Source of the DNA: Candidatus Falkowbacteria bacterium
Lineage (GTDB): Bacteria; Patescibacteriota; Patescibacteriia; Patescibacteriales; UBA12075
Assembly: GCA_003514005.1 (NCBI GenBank)
Contig: DOSJ01000004.1
Location: 165,533-229,532 of the forward strand
Length of the DNA: 64,000 nt
Direction of reading: 5' to 3'
The notes under the pieces: model-generated
Told to the model about the DNA's origin: nothing
Seen by the model: the letters and a program-made list of their open reading frames with translations, nothing else
Database searches by the model: none
Part shown: positions 16,384-25,960 of the stretch, piece by piece
Layout of the letters: each line of letters begins with the position of its first letter
Numbering within the stretch: position 1 is the stretch's first letter
Position numbers and translations under genes: made by a program

Positions 16384-17886
16384 TTAATTTTCCTTCTCCA
16401 AATTCTCTTTGCCAGAATTACTTATATCCGCATCTTGTCCAAGGATCAAGATGAAATCCGGCTGGATTGGGTTTGCTTCGTTTTTTAGCTCTTTGTCAAT
16501 ATCGGCAACCAACCAATCGGGCAGGCCGTAAGATACGTTCGCGCCGGTCGCTTCTTTTAGGATACTGAGCGAACTGGCTTTTTCGCCGTAGGTAAGATCG
16601 TAAAGCACAGATTTTTGGAAATTTTGCTGGGCGGAATTGCCGATGCGGACAACGATAAATCCGAGCTTTTCGATATCGAGCGCGGTCTTTGATGCGAGAC
16701 CGTTAATCCATGTGCCGTTGCGTACCTCGATAGTGGCGCGTTCGTTTGCTACTTTTGTGGTTACGGCTTCGGGCGCGGAAGAAAAAATATTATTTATGAA
16801 ATACTGGATTTCCGTAAAGTCGCCACTGCGCGGGGAAAGGATATAGGCGCCCATGTCCGAAATCGAATCTGTCAGCAGTCCGTTGGCGCTGTTGTCTAGC
16901 ACCTTGTTGGTGATTTTTGACTTGTCGACGTCGCTGAACATGCTCCACAACTTGATTATTTCCCAGACCTTTAGATTGGTGCTGATATGCTCTTGAAAAT
17001 TCATGATAATATCGGAAATCATTTTCGGTTTTAAAAGATTGCCGGTGTTCAATATCTTGTCTTTCGCGGCCAGGATTATGGCTTGTTGGCGCTTTGCACG
17101 GGCAAAGTCAGATCCTTCGCCGTTTATACCATGGCGTGAACGAGCGAATTTTAGAGCAAGACTGCCGTCCATTGTTTGCAAACCCTTTTCGACGTGCAAA
17201 TGTTCGTATCGTGAATTGTAATTCGGGTCGTCTTCGCGGCCGGATATTGGATAGCGGTAATCATCCAAGGTATTTTCAACCAAAACTTCGATTCCGCCCA
17301 ACTCGTCTATCAGGTTTGTAAACGCTTCAAAATCAACGCGGAAATAATAATCAATTGGAACATTAATGATATCGCCTATTGCTTGACTGACAGCCATACC
17401 GCCTGAACCTTCCTGGTTGTTTTCGGCATAAGCGTTTATGGAATTGATTTTTCGATAACCCATGTTTTCGACCGGTACGGCCATATCGCGGGGAATGGAT
17501 ATCATTGCGACTTTTTTGGTTGATGGTTCCAGGCTTGCCAGAATTATCGTATCTGTCAGATTGCCGCCTTCGTGTTTTTTTCCGCCCATGCCCAAAAGCA
17601 GGATATTGATACGGTCAATGTTTTCGCCTTTCAAATCCCGATCCGCGCTTTCGGCCAGATGTTTTAATTGCTTGATAATCGGTAAATGCGAAAACCAGGA
17701 AGAAGAGCTTTGTTCGGAAACCAAAACTTGGCTTGAAAAAACCGCTAATGATGTAACTATAAATATTAAAGAAAAAATAATTATTTTTAATGCTTTTTTC
17801 GGTTTTTTTGAAGTTGTTTGCGGTTTCTCGAACACCGCCACCTTTGGCTGTTCTTCGTTTAAATTTGTTTTTTCGATATTTTGCAT
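16384..17886 (-). CDS. LytR-CpsA-Psr (LCP) family cell-envelope phosphotransferase with a C-terminal LytR_C domain
   Basis: N-terminal TM helix, INILLLGMGGKKHEGGNLTDTIILASL, a conserved R/D core, and a C-terminal EVRNGT...ILILGQD domain. Confidence 0.85.
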   Translation of the reverse strand: MQNIEKTNLNEEQPKVAVFEKPQTTSKKPKKALKIIIFSLIFIVTSLAVFSSQVLVSEQSSSSWFSHLPIIKQLKHLAESADRDLKGENIDRINILLLGMGGKKHEGGNLTDTIILASLEPSTKKVAMISIPRDMAVPVENMGYRKINSINAYAENNQEGSGGMAVSQAIGDIINVPIDYYFRVDFEAFTNLIDELGGIEVLVENTLDDYRYPISGREDDPNYNSRYEHLHVEKGLQTMDGSLALKFARSRHGINGEGSDFARAKRQQAIILAAKDKILNTGNLLKPKMISDIIMNFQEHISTNLKVWEIIKLWSMFSDVDKSKITNKVLDNSANGLLTDSISDMGAYILSPRSGDFTEIQYFINNIFSSAPEAVTTKVANERATIEVRNGTWINGLASKTALDIEKLGFIVVRIGNSAQQNFQKSVLYDLTYGEKASSLSILKEATGANVSYGLPDWLVADIDKELKNEANPIQPDFILILGQDADISNSGKENLEKEN

Positions 17887-17933
17887 AACTTAAGTATAAA
17901 AATTTAATTTTTTTGTTTAATTTGTTTGTTTTT

Positions 17934-17971
17934 GTTATTTTCGTGTTTTTGGACAGAGACACGAAAATAAC
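17934..17971. repeat. short intergenic hairpin (GTTATTTTCGTGT / ACACGAAAATAAC)
   Basis: A 13-bp perfect inverted repeat with a 12-nt loop. Confidence 0.6.
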
Positions 17972-18184
17972 GAAAATATACGAATTGAACGAAAAAGGTG
18001 CTTTTAGTTAAAAAACTGTTTGAATTACAAAATTTCCCAAATATTTCATTAGGAAAACTGTTTTTAGTATAGCATTCTTCGTAAAAAAAGCAATGCTTGA
18101 TTTTTTTTTGGAATAGTGTTATTCTGATATTATTAGAAATAATAAAATAAGAGATAATATAGCTAATAATCAGGCAATATTTTA

Positions 18185-18781
18185 ATGCCTATTTTCAGTT
18201 TGTTTTCTATTTTTTATAAAACCATGCTTAAGAATTTTTTTACGTTCGTTTTTGAATTAATAAAAATTGTTGTTATTTCACTGGTAATCATTATTCCGAT
18301 CCGATATTTTTTGATCCAGCCATTTTATGTTAAGGGCGCATCCATGGAGCCGAATTTTTTTGATCATGAATATTTGATAATTGATGAAATCACTTATCGT
18401 TTTAATGAGCCACAAAGAGGGGATATTGTCGTTTTTCGTTATCCGCGCAATCCGCAGGAATTTTTTATCAAACGGATGATCGGTTTGCCCGGAGAAACTT
18501 TACAGATTAAAGACGGTGTGGTAACAATATTTAATTCGGAAAAACCGGAAGGATTTACGCTTGACGAAGGCTATTTGCCCGAAGGCCTTAAAACATACGG
18601 TTTGTCTGAAGAAAAGATTACGCTAAGTGCCGACGAATACTATGTTTTGGGAGATAATCGCAATTCCAGCAAAGATTCCCGCAGTTTCGGACCGGTCAAC
18701 CGCACATATATCACCGGACGCGTTTTATTGCGAGGCTGGCCATTTAATCGGATAAAGTTGTTTGAGGCGCCGGCTTATTAA
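18185..18781 (+). CDS. lepB: signal peptidase I
   Basis: GASMEPNF (catalytic Ser box), RGDIVVF, and GDNRNSSKDSR (Lys box region). The start may instead be ATG 18224. Confidence 0.9.
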   Translation: MPIFSLFSIFYKTMLKNFFTFVFELIKIVVISLVIIIPIRYFLIQPFYVKGASMEPNFFDHEYLIIDEITYRFNEPQRGDIVVFRYPRNPQEFFIKRMIGLPGETLQIKDGVVTIFNSEKPEGFTLDEGYLPEGLKTYGLSEEKITLSADEYYVLGDNRNSSKDSRSFGPVNRTYITGRVLLRGWPFNRIKLFEAPAY

Positions 18782-18872
18782 TAATTTTAAATTAATTATC
18801 TTTGATATCGCTTTTTTGTGAGACAGATGCGTTAGTTTAAAAATCATTATTATATATTAAAATACAATAAAT

Positions 18873-20240
18873 ATGCCAAGAATTGCTAAAGAAAAAATAA
18901 ATAAAGAGCCGGTTCGCGCGAAAAAGATCGTTCGATTTTCTCGATTACGGGGAATGAAAGATGTTCTATTCGATGAATATCGTTATTGGGATTTGATCAC
19001 TAAAAAGGCCACGGATTTGGCAGATGTATATGATTTTCGCCGGATTGATACGCCGATTTTGGAAAAACTTGACCTATACGAACGCTCAACCGGATCCGAT
19101 ACCGATGTTGTTTCCAAAGAGATGTATTCTTTTATCGACAAGAGCGAAGAAAAAGTCGCTTTGCGTCCGGAAGCTACGCCGGGAATCGTGCGTTCATATA
19201 TTGAGCACGGTTTATTCAATCAACCCCAGCCGATCAAGACATTTTGGCTCGGTCCTTTGTTCCGGCATGAAAAGCCGCAATCCGGACGAACGCGCCAGCA
19301 CAGCCAGATAAATTTTGACGTATTCGGCGAAGCCGGTCCGATAACCGATGCTCAGCTGATCTTGATTACATATAATTTTTATACCGAATTACAGATAGAC
19401 GTTCAGGTTCAGATAAACAGCATCGGCTGTCCGGATTGCCGCAAGGAATATATCAATAAGCTTACCGAATACTATAAAGAAAGAGGAAAACGTTCAAGGC
19501 TTTGCAATGATTGCAAAAGGCGCTTTGTAAAGAATCCTTTGCGACTTTTGGATTGCAAGGAAAAAGACTGCATCGAAGTGCGTGAAGACGCGCCACAGAT
19601 TGTGGATTTCTTGTGCGAAGGCTGTCGCGAGCATTTTATCAAAGTACTCGAATATTTGGACGAACTTGGCATCTCTTACAATTTGAATCCATTTTTGGTC
19701 AGGGGCCTGGATTATTACACGCGTACGGTGTTTGAGATTGTCGCTGTTGATGACGAGGGCGAAAAAGACGAGAATGGACAACGACGCCAGTCTTCCTTGG
19801 GTGGCGGCGGACGTTATGATAATCTGATCGAGATGCTTGGCGGACGACCGACACCGGCTTGCGGTTTTGGCTTGGGCGTTGAGCGGGCGATTTTGAAGAT
19901 CAAAGAAAAGAATATCCCATTAAAAGAAGATAAAAAAGATTTTATATTTTTGGCGCAATTAGGCGAGCAAGCGCGCCTAAAGGCGGTAACCTTGTTCGAA
20001 GAAATGCGCCGCGCCGGCTATCGCGTCCGCCAAGCCTTTACCAAAGACAGCCTGAAAGCCCAGCTTGAAATCGCTGATCGCATCGGCGCGAAGTACAGCC
20101 TGATCCTCGGACAAAAAGAGCTTTTGGACGGCACGATAATCATCCGCGACATGGAATCCGGCACGCAAGAAGTGATTGACCAGAAGAAGATATATGTTGA
20201 AATCAATAAGCGGTTGGAGATGGATAAGGGGGGTAATTAA
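18873..20240 (+). CDS. hisS: histidine--tRNA ligase (canonical copy)
   Basis: Class II motifs FRHEKPQSGRTRQHSQ and GGGGRYDNL, a Cys-rich insertion domain and an HGTP anticodon-binding domain. Confidence 0.95.
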   Translation: MPRIAKEKINKEPVRAKKIVRFSRLRGMKDVLFDEYRYWDLITKKATDLADVYDFRRIDTPILEKLDLYERSTGSDTDVVSKEMYSFIDKSEEKVALRPEATPGIVRSYIEHGLFNQPQPIKTFWLGPLFRHEKPQSGRTRQHSQINFDVFGEAGPITDAQLILITYNFYTELQIDVQVQINSIGCPDCRKEYINKLTEYYKERGKRSRLCNDCKRRFVKNPLRLLDCKEKDCIEVREDAPQIVDFLCEGCREHFIKVLEYLDELGISYNLNPFLVRGLDYYTRTVFEIVAVDDEGEKDENGQRRQSSLGGGGRYDNLIEMLGGRPTPACGFGLGVERAILKIKEKNIPLKEDKKDFIFLAQLGEQARLKAVTLFEEMRRAGYRVRQAFTKDSLKAQLEIADRIGAKYSLILGQKELLDGTIIIRDMESGTQEVIDQKKIYVEINKRLEMDKGGN

Positions 20241-20266
20241 TTTGAAGTTTGGTTTTTGTAAAATAA

Positions 20267-20327
20267 TTAAGTCCTAATTTCTAAATTATAAATCCAAAAA
20301 ATTATAATTTAGAACTTAGGACTTAGA
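20267..20327. repeat. intergenic word hairpin (TTAGAAAT / ATTTCTAA words)
   Basis: TTAAGTCCTAATTTCTAAATTATAA faces TTATAATTTAGAACTTAGGACTTAG. Confidence 0.7.
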
Positions 20328-20417
20328 AATTAATTATTTTTCTAAATCAAATTTTATAATACTAATTAGTAATTTACTGAAAATAACAGTATTAAATCTA
20401 GAAAGGTAGGTGTTATT

Positions 20418-20654
20418 ATGGTAGAATTTAAAAGAAAGAAAGGCGAAAACTTTGAAAGTTTTTTGCGTCGTTTTAATAAGACTTTGATAAAAAGCCGAAA
20501 ACTGAACGAAGTTCGCAAACGCAAATATATTACCCACAAAAAAAACAAATCCCAACAAAAAGAATATGCTTTGATCAGTCGTCAAATGCGCGAGAAAAAA
20601 GAGTATTTGCGCAAGACCGGGAAATTGAAAGAAGAGACTAAGGGGAGATGGTAG
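20418..20654 (+). CDS. rpsU: 30S ribosomal protein bS21
   Basis: A 78-aa basic protein. E.F..FLRRFNK....S.KL.EVRKRKY fits the S21 pattern. AGGTAGGTG RBS upstream. Confidence 0.85.
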   Translation: MVEFKRKKGENFESFLRRFNKTLIKSRKLNEVRKRKYITHKKNKSQQKEYALISRQMREKKEYLRKTGKLKEETKGRW

Positions 20655-20656
20655 GG

Positions 20657-20725
20657 TAGTTAATTAGGTAATTAGTTAATTAGGTATTAACTATAAACTC
20701 CTAATCACTAATTAACTAATCACTA
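20657..20725. repeat. intergenic word hairpin (TAATTAG words)
   Basis: TAGTTAATTAGGTAATTAGTTAATTAGG faces CCTAATCACTAATTAACTAATCACTA. Confidence 0.7.
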
Positions 20726-20729
20726 ATAT

Positions 20730-21185
20730 ATGTTAAACGAAAAAATAGCTAATGATCTAAAACAAGCGATGATTGCAAAAGACGCGTTTACGCTGTCCGT
20801 TCTTCGCATGCTAAAGACCGCGATTAAAAACAAGATGATTGCGCTAGGAGACGGCGGTAAGAATGAACTCGCGGATGAGCAGATTGTTGAAATCGTGTCG
20901 GCGGAGATAAAAAAACGCAAGGATTCGATTGAGGCTTTTTTGTCCGGCGGACGGCAGGATTTGGCTGACAAAGAAAAGACCGAGATTGAAGTTTTGGCAA
21001 AGTATCAACCCGAGCAGATGAGCGAAGAAGAGCTTAGGAAAATCATTACTGAAACTATTTCCGCTTTGGGACAAGTTACGGCAAATGATTTTGGCAAAAT
21101 AATGGGCGCCTTGATGCCAAAAGTCAAAGGCAAAGCGGACGGCAACTTGGTTAACAAAATAGTCAAAGAAATTTTAGCAAAATAG
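20730..21185 (+). CDS. GatB/YqeY domain-containing protein
   Basis: MLNEKIANDLKQAMIAKD...LSVLRMLKTAIKN... is typical YqeY. 151 aa. Confidence 0.8.
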   Translation: MLNEKIANDLKQAMIAKDAFTLSVLRMLKTAIKNKMIALGDGGKNELADEQIVEIVSAEIKKRKDSIEAFLSGGRQDLADKEKTEIEVLAKYQPEQMSEEELRKIITETISALGQVTANDFGKIMGALMPKVKGKADGNLVNKIVKEILAK

Positions 21186-21200
21186 CTTATATAAAAAAAA

Positions 21201-21240
21201 TCACCTCACCCTTCGCGAAGGGTGGGGTGATTTTTTGTTT
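21201..21240 (+). terminator. intrinsic terminator
   Basis: TCACCTCACCC-TTCGCGAA-GGGTGGGGTGA followed by TTTTTTGTTTTTT. Confidence 0.8.
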
Positions 21241-21363
21241 TTTACAAATTGATTTTACGCAATATATTTTCTTTTTTATGATTCATATGCATTAATTTTA
21301 TTATCTTATTTTAATAATAATCAATGATTTTTTGCTATCTCAACAGAGCCTTGCAATTTAACC

Positions 21364-21530
21364 TTGTATTTTTATAAAAACTAGTGTATATTAATTTTAA
21401 TATGAAATTTTATACAAAAACAACCCAATATAACCATCATATCTACTTGCTTTAAGTAGCAGGGCTTGTTTTTGTGTAATTATATAATATAAGAAAAAAA
21501 ATAAAGCCCTGTGGGGCTTTTTTTGTTTTT
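21364..21530 (+). promoter_or_regulatory. promoter plus attenuator-like leader (17-codon mini-ORF with 1:2, 2:3 and 3:4 alternative pairings and a terminator)
   Basis: TTGTAT-17 nt-TATATT (21364-21392). Mini-ORF at 21402-21455 encodes MKFYTKTTQYNHHIYLL. ACAAAAACAACCC (21414-26) pairs with GGGCTTGTTTTTGT (21462-75). GGGCTT (21462-67) can instead pair with AAGCCC (21504-09). Terminator AAGCCC-TGTG-GGGCTT plus a T-run (21504-21530). Confidence 0.45.
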
Positions 21531-21562
21531 TAATATTATTTAAATTGATATAGCTATTATTA

Positions 21563-22333
21563 ATGTATAAATATATGAAGGTAAAAATATTTAGCGCAGC
21601 CGGCGGAAATTCTACGGCAATTTTATATGATTTGTCATGTTCAAAAATTGATTATGCTTTTTTAAATAGCATAATTCAAAAAGCCTATCCTGAAGTGGAG
21701 CAAGTTGGTTTTTTTGAAAAAGGTGAGAAATATAATCGTTTGCAAATGGCAGGAGGAGAGTTTTGTGGAAACTCAACAAGAAGTTTCGCTTGCCTTTTGA
21801 GTGAGTTGGACTCTGGGAAAAAAGAATTAATATTTGAGGTATCCGGATTTGACAAACCAGTTCGTGCTACTGTTGAGCGTCTTGGAGATGACAGTTTTTA
21901 TTGTTCTGCTGAGTTTGCAGGATTGTCGGGAAATATTTCAAAAAAACAAATTAATGGAAAAGATGTATTTGCGGTTGATCTTGGCGGAATTGTTCATATA
22001 TTGATTGATGAAAAGTTTTTTCCGATTATTGAAAAAACTATCAAAGATGATATGAAAAATATCAAAAATTTACTCGGCGTTGATAGCGAGGCAGTGGGGG
22101 TTATCTGGATTCGTGAAGAAGGTGGTGATGTGTATATTCGTCCGGTTGTATGGGTGAAGAGTATTAATACATGTTTTGACGAAACATCATGTGGTTCCGG
22201 CACGATAGCGGTCGCGCTTTTAAAGAAAAAAAATGTTTCGGTTGTTCAGCCATCTGGAGAAAAAATAAATGTATATTTCAAAGAAAATTCTTTGGTCTTA
22301 TCGTCAAAAATGAAAAAAACGTTTTCACTTTAA
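21563..22333 (+). CDS. DapF-fold PLP-independent two-cysteine racemase/epimerase (substrate unknown)
   Basis: MAGGEFCGNSTRSFA and DETSCGSGTIAVA correspond to the two catalytic-Cys motifs of diaminopimelate-epimerase-like enzymes. N-terminal GGNSTAIL replaces the DapF GLGNDF. Confidence 0.6.
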   Translation: MYKYMKVKIFSAAGGNSTAILYDLSCSKIDYAFLNSIIQKAYPEVEQVGFFEKGEKYNRLQMAGGEFCGNSTRSFACLLSELDSGKKELIFEVSGFDKPVRATVERLGDDSFYCSAEFAGLSGNISKKQINGKDVFAVDLGGIVHILIDEKFFPIIEKTIKDDMKNIKNLLGVDSEAVGVIWIREEGGDVYIRPVVWVKSINTCFDETSCGSGTIAVALLKKKNVSVVQPSGEKINVYFKENSLVLSSKMKKTFSL

Positions 22334-22418
22334 AGAAAGCAACGCGACAATAATAAAAATAATAAATAATTATGATATATGGAATTTAGATTTTGTATTT
22401 TATGATTAATTAAAAAAT

Positions 22419-23105
22419 ATGGATTTAAAAATTGCAAAATATTGCGACCTTAAGAAAACGTCTGTTATTGATAATAACGAGGAATTTGTGATTGTTAATA
22501 AATATGATAGGGACATAAAACAAAAGCATTTTTTTAAAGATATGTTGCAGTATTTTGATGGACAAATCGTGGTTAGAAAAACCGTCGCAAAGAAATTGGC
22601 AAAAGTAAATTTTGAATTAAAAAAATTAAATAAAAATTATACTCTTTTAGTGTCCTATGGATATCGTCTCTTAAAAATTCAAAAAGAATATTTTTCAAAA
22701 GAACTTGAAATTGTGAAAAATGAAAATAAAGGAATATCAAAGGATAAATTATTTGAATTGGTGCACAAAAAAATCGCCGTACCGATAGTAGCAGGACACC
22801 CCACGGGAGGAGCCGTAGATTTGACAATATTTGATACAAAAAACAATATATTGATTGATATGGGTGGAGATATTGCGGATTTTTCAAATAAAAGGGTACC
22901 AACTTTTAATAAATATATTACAAAAATTCAAGAAAAAAATAGAAAGATATTGCTTGAATTGATGTTGCGACAAAATTTTTGTCCTTTTTATGAAGAATGG
23001 TGGCATTTTTCTTACGGTGATAAGGAGTGGGCGTTTTTTTATGAAAAAGAAAATGCGATTTATGAACAATTGGCGATTAAAAAGATTAAAATAAAGCTTA
23101 AATAA
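22419..23105 (+). CDS. D-alanyl-D-alanine dipeptidase family (peptidase M15D, VanX/DdpX-like)
   Basis: SYGYR, HPTGGAVDLTI (HxxGxAxD zinc ligands) and EWWHFSYGD (ExxH). Confidence 0.8.
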   Translation: MDLKIAKYCDLKKTSVIDNNEEFVIVNKYDRDIKQKHFFKDMLQYFDGQIVVRKTVAKKLAKVNFELKKLNKNYTLLVSYGYRLLKIQKEYFSKELEIVKNENKGISKDKLFELVHKKIAVPIVAGHPTGGAVDLTIFDTKNNILIDMGGDIADFSNKRVPTFNKYITKIQEKNRKILLELMLRQNFCPFYEEWWHFSYGDKEWAFFYEKENAIYEQLAIKKIKIKLK

Positions 23106-23122
23106 TTTTTAAGAATAACATT

Positions 23123-24536
23123 ATGATAATTGATAAAGAAAAAAAAGAAACAGTTAAACCAGAGCGTCCTGGTGGGTTTTTGGATTATTTACCAGGTGAT
23201 TTTTTGGCTAGAGAAAAAATGATAAATACTATATCAAGCGTTTTTCGATCTTTTGGATATAATCCTATCGAGACTCCACGAGTAGAATTTTTGAAAACAT
23301 TATCAGGCGAAGAAAGCGATACTGGAAAAAACATTTTTCGGATTTTAAGCAGTAATGATTCTGAGCCATTGGCAATGCCATTTGATCATACAGTCCCTTT
23401 TGCCAGATTGCTTGCGGCTAATCCCTATAATTCAAAAGATAGAAGTGGTATACGATTGCCTTGGCGCAGAATGGTTGTTGGACCAGTATTTCGTGGTGAA
23501 AAACCTCAGGCAGGAAGATATAGACAATTTTATCAATTTGATGCGGATATTGCCGGAACTGATTCAATGATGGCTGACGCAGAAATTGTTGCATTGATTT
23601 TCAATACGCTTTCAGCATTGGGAGTAAAAAAATTTTTGATTCGAATAAATAATAGAAAGATATTAAACGGTTTAGCAGAACTTGTTGAAATAAAAACACG
23701 AGATAAAGTTTCAAAAGAAGACATCACCAAAGAACTAATGAGAATCCTTGATAAGGTTGATAAAATCGGTCTTGAAGGTATAGTCAGCGAATTGCAGAAA
23801 AAACCAGAATCAGATTTTGACCCTGCTCCTTTTTTGTCAAATGAAGCAGTCTTAAAAGTTCGGTCTTATCTTGATATTCAGGGCAGTAATACTGAACGCC
23901 TTAATAAAGCCAAGAATGTTTTTAGTGGAATAAAAATTGCTGAAGAAGGAATAGTAGAGCTTGAAAAAATAATTTCGTTTCTTGCACCCTTGGAAGTACC
24001 AGCAGAATTTGTTAGTATTGATTTTAGTATTGCCAGAGGCTTAGATTATTATACTGGTCCTGTTATGGAAACAATTCTTCTTGACGCCAAGAGATTTGGA
24101 AGTATTTTTAGTGGCGGAAGGAAGATACGATGAGCTTGTAAGACGTTTTACCGGAGAAGCACTACCGGCAGTAGGAGCTTCTGTTGGCGTAGACAGAATG
24201 TTTGCAGCTTTGAATCATTTAGGACTTATTGATAACAAAAATCAGTCAGTAGCAGACGTGCTAGTACTTCGACTCGCGACCGATAAAGATGAAAAATATC
24301 TTGAAATAGCAAATATTATTAGAAAAAGTGGCAAGAATGTTGAGGTTTGTCTTTTTTCAGATACTACTTTTAAAAATCAATTTAGTTTTGCCCTTGGAAG
24401 TGGAGTCAGATATGTTGTGATTTGCGGGGAGGATGAGTTTGCAAAAAGTGAAATTGCAGTCAAGGATATGCAAAAAAGAATACAAGAAACTATTCCTTAT
24501 AATAAAATTGAAGAGTATTTTGATTGTTTGGAATAA
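23123..24536 (+). pseudogene. second, divergent histidyl-tRNA synthetase paralogue interrupted by a 1-nt frameshift
   Basis: ORFs 23123-24133 and 24081-24536 are the catalytic and anticodon-binding parts. Deleting one A at 24118/24119 (GGCGGAAGGAAGATAC) restores SGGGRYDELV, the HisRS motif-3 region. Confidence 0.8.
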
Positions 24537-24679
24537 TTGATTTTTATGTAAGTTTGTGAACATTTGAATTTTTCGATATCGATGTTTGGAATAAAAATGA
24601 ATAACGAAAAAATAGATTATTAGTATATTTTTAAAACTGTAAAATATATTATTTGCGATTTTTATTATTAAAAATTGTT

Positions 24680-24708
24680 TTGACAAAACACATATTTTTC
24701 TTTAATAT
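24680..24708 (+). promoter_or_regulatory. sigma70-like promoter (TTGACA-17 nt-TAATAT) for tyrS
   Basis: Hexamers at 24680-24685 and 24703-24708. Confidence 0.55.
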
Positions 24709-24739
24709 TATAGTATATTTAATTCTAAATAAAATTTTT

Positions 24740-25936
24740 ATGCAAAATGTAATAGTAAACAAAAATCAAATTGACGAAGTACTGGACCGCGGAGTCGAGC
24801 ATATTTTTCCTGACAGAGAATCCCTTCGAAAAGTGTTAATGTCCGGCAAGCGCATTCGGCTTTATTGCGGCTTTGATCCTTCTGCACCTTCTTTGCATAT
24901 CGGCAATGCGATTGCTTTGAATAAATTATCGCAATTTCAGGCTTTGGGGCATGATGTGATTTTTTTGATCGGTGATTTTACCGGAATGATCGGTGATCCG
25001 ACTGACAAAACGTCAACACGCCAGAAGTTGACTCGCGAGCAGGTGAATGAGAATGCGCAGATGTATAAAAAACAGGCCAGCGCATACCTTGATTTTTCCG
25101 GTGATAATCCTGCGCAAATCCGCCGTAATTCTGAATGGTCAGATCCGATTACTTTCAAAGATTTAATCGAGATTTCTTCGAACTTCACAGTTCAACAGAT
25201 GATACAACGAGATATGTTTCAGGCGAGACTAAAAGAAGAAAAACCGATTTATCTGCACGAATTTTTGTATCCTTTGGCGCAGGGCTATGATTCTGTCGGC
25301 ATGGATGTTGACCTGGAGGTAGGAGGAAACGACCAAATGTTTAATATGATGGCCGGCCGGCATCTTATGAAAGCCATCAAGGGTAAAGAAAAATTTGTTA
25401 TGACCCTAAAACTTTTGGCAGACGAGAGCGGAAAGAAGATGGGTAAGACCGAAGGCAATGCCGTGTTTTTGGATCAGACTCCGCAAAATATTTTCGGCTC
25501 GGTCATGGCTTGGACAGACGGCCTTATTGCCCTCGGGTTTGAGCTCGCGACTAAGGTATCAATGGAAAAAGTAGCAGAAGTGAAAAAGCGTTTGGCTGAT
25601 GGCGAGAATCCGCGCAATCTAAAGATGGAATTGGCCAAAGAGATGGTTTGTCTTGTGCACGGTGAAGTGGCCGCACAAGAAGCTGAAGAATATTTTGTAA
25701 AAACATTCAGCAAGAAAGAAGTTCCGGACGAAATGATAGAATTAAAACCCACTGCTTATGACTTGTTATCGATTTTGGTGGAAAGCAAATGCGTAACAAG
25801 TAAAACTGATGCCCGCCGCGTTGTTTCGCAGAATGGCGTAAAGGTGAATCAGGAAACAGCTAGCGATGTTAATGCGGTGCTTAAGCCGGGTGACGTGATT
25901 CAGAAAGGGAAGACGTTTTTTTTGAGGGTAAAGTAA
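24740..25936 (+). CDS. tyrS: tyrosine--tRNA ligase
   Basis: GFDPSAPSLHIGN (HIGH), KMGKT (KMSKS) and a C-terminal S4 domain. Start moved to ATG 24740 because the upstream ORF extension is AT-rich promoter sequence. Confidence 0.9.
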   Translation: MQNVIVNKNQIDEVLDRGVEHIFPDRESLRKVLMSGKRIRLYCGFDPSAPSLHIGNAIALNKLSQFQALGHDVIFLIGDFTGMIGDPTDKTSTRQKLTREQVNENAQMYKKQASAYLDFSGDNPAQIRRNSEWSDPITFKDLIEISSNFTVQQMIQRDMFQARLKEEKPIYLHEFLYPLAQGYDSVGMDVDLEVGGNDQMFNMMAGRHLMKAIKGKEKFVMTLKLLADESGKKMGKTEGNAVFLDQTPQNIFGSVMAWTDGLIALGFELATKVSMEKVAEVKKRLADGENPRNLKMELAKEMVCLVHGEVAAQEAEEYFVKTFSKKEVPDEMIELKPTAYDLLSILVESKCVTSKTDARRVVSQNGVKVNQETASDVNAVLKPGDVIQKGKTFFLRVK

Positions 25937-25960
25937 AAACTTAAAATTAACTTTGTTTAT

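Noticed and set aside
24118-24122. A link between the expanded-loop tRNA-like gene and +1 decoding of the HisRS2 frameshift.
   Set aside because: Purely speculative. The loop sequence has no obvious 4-base complementarity to GGAA/AGGA at the shift site, and simpler explanations (a mutation or a sequencing indel) suffice.
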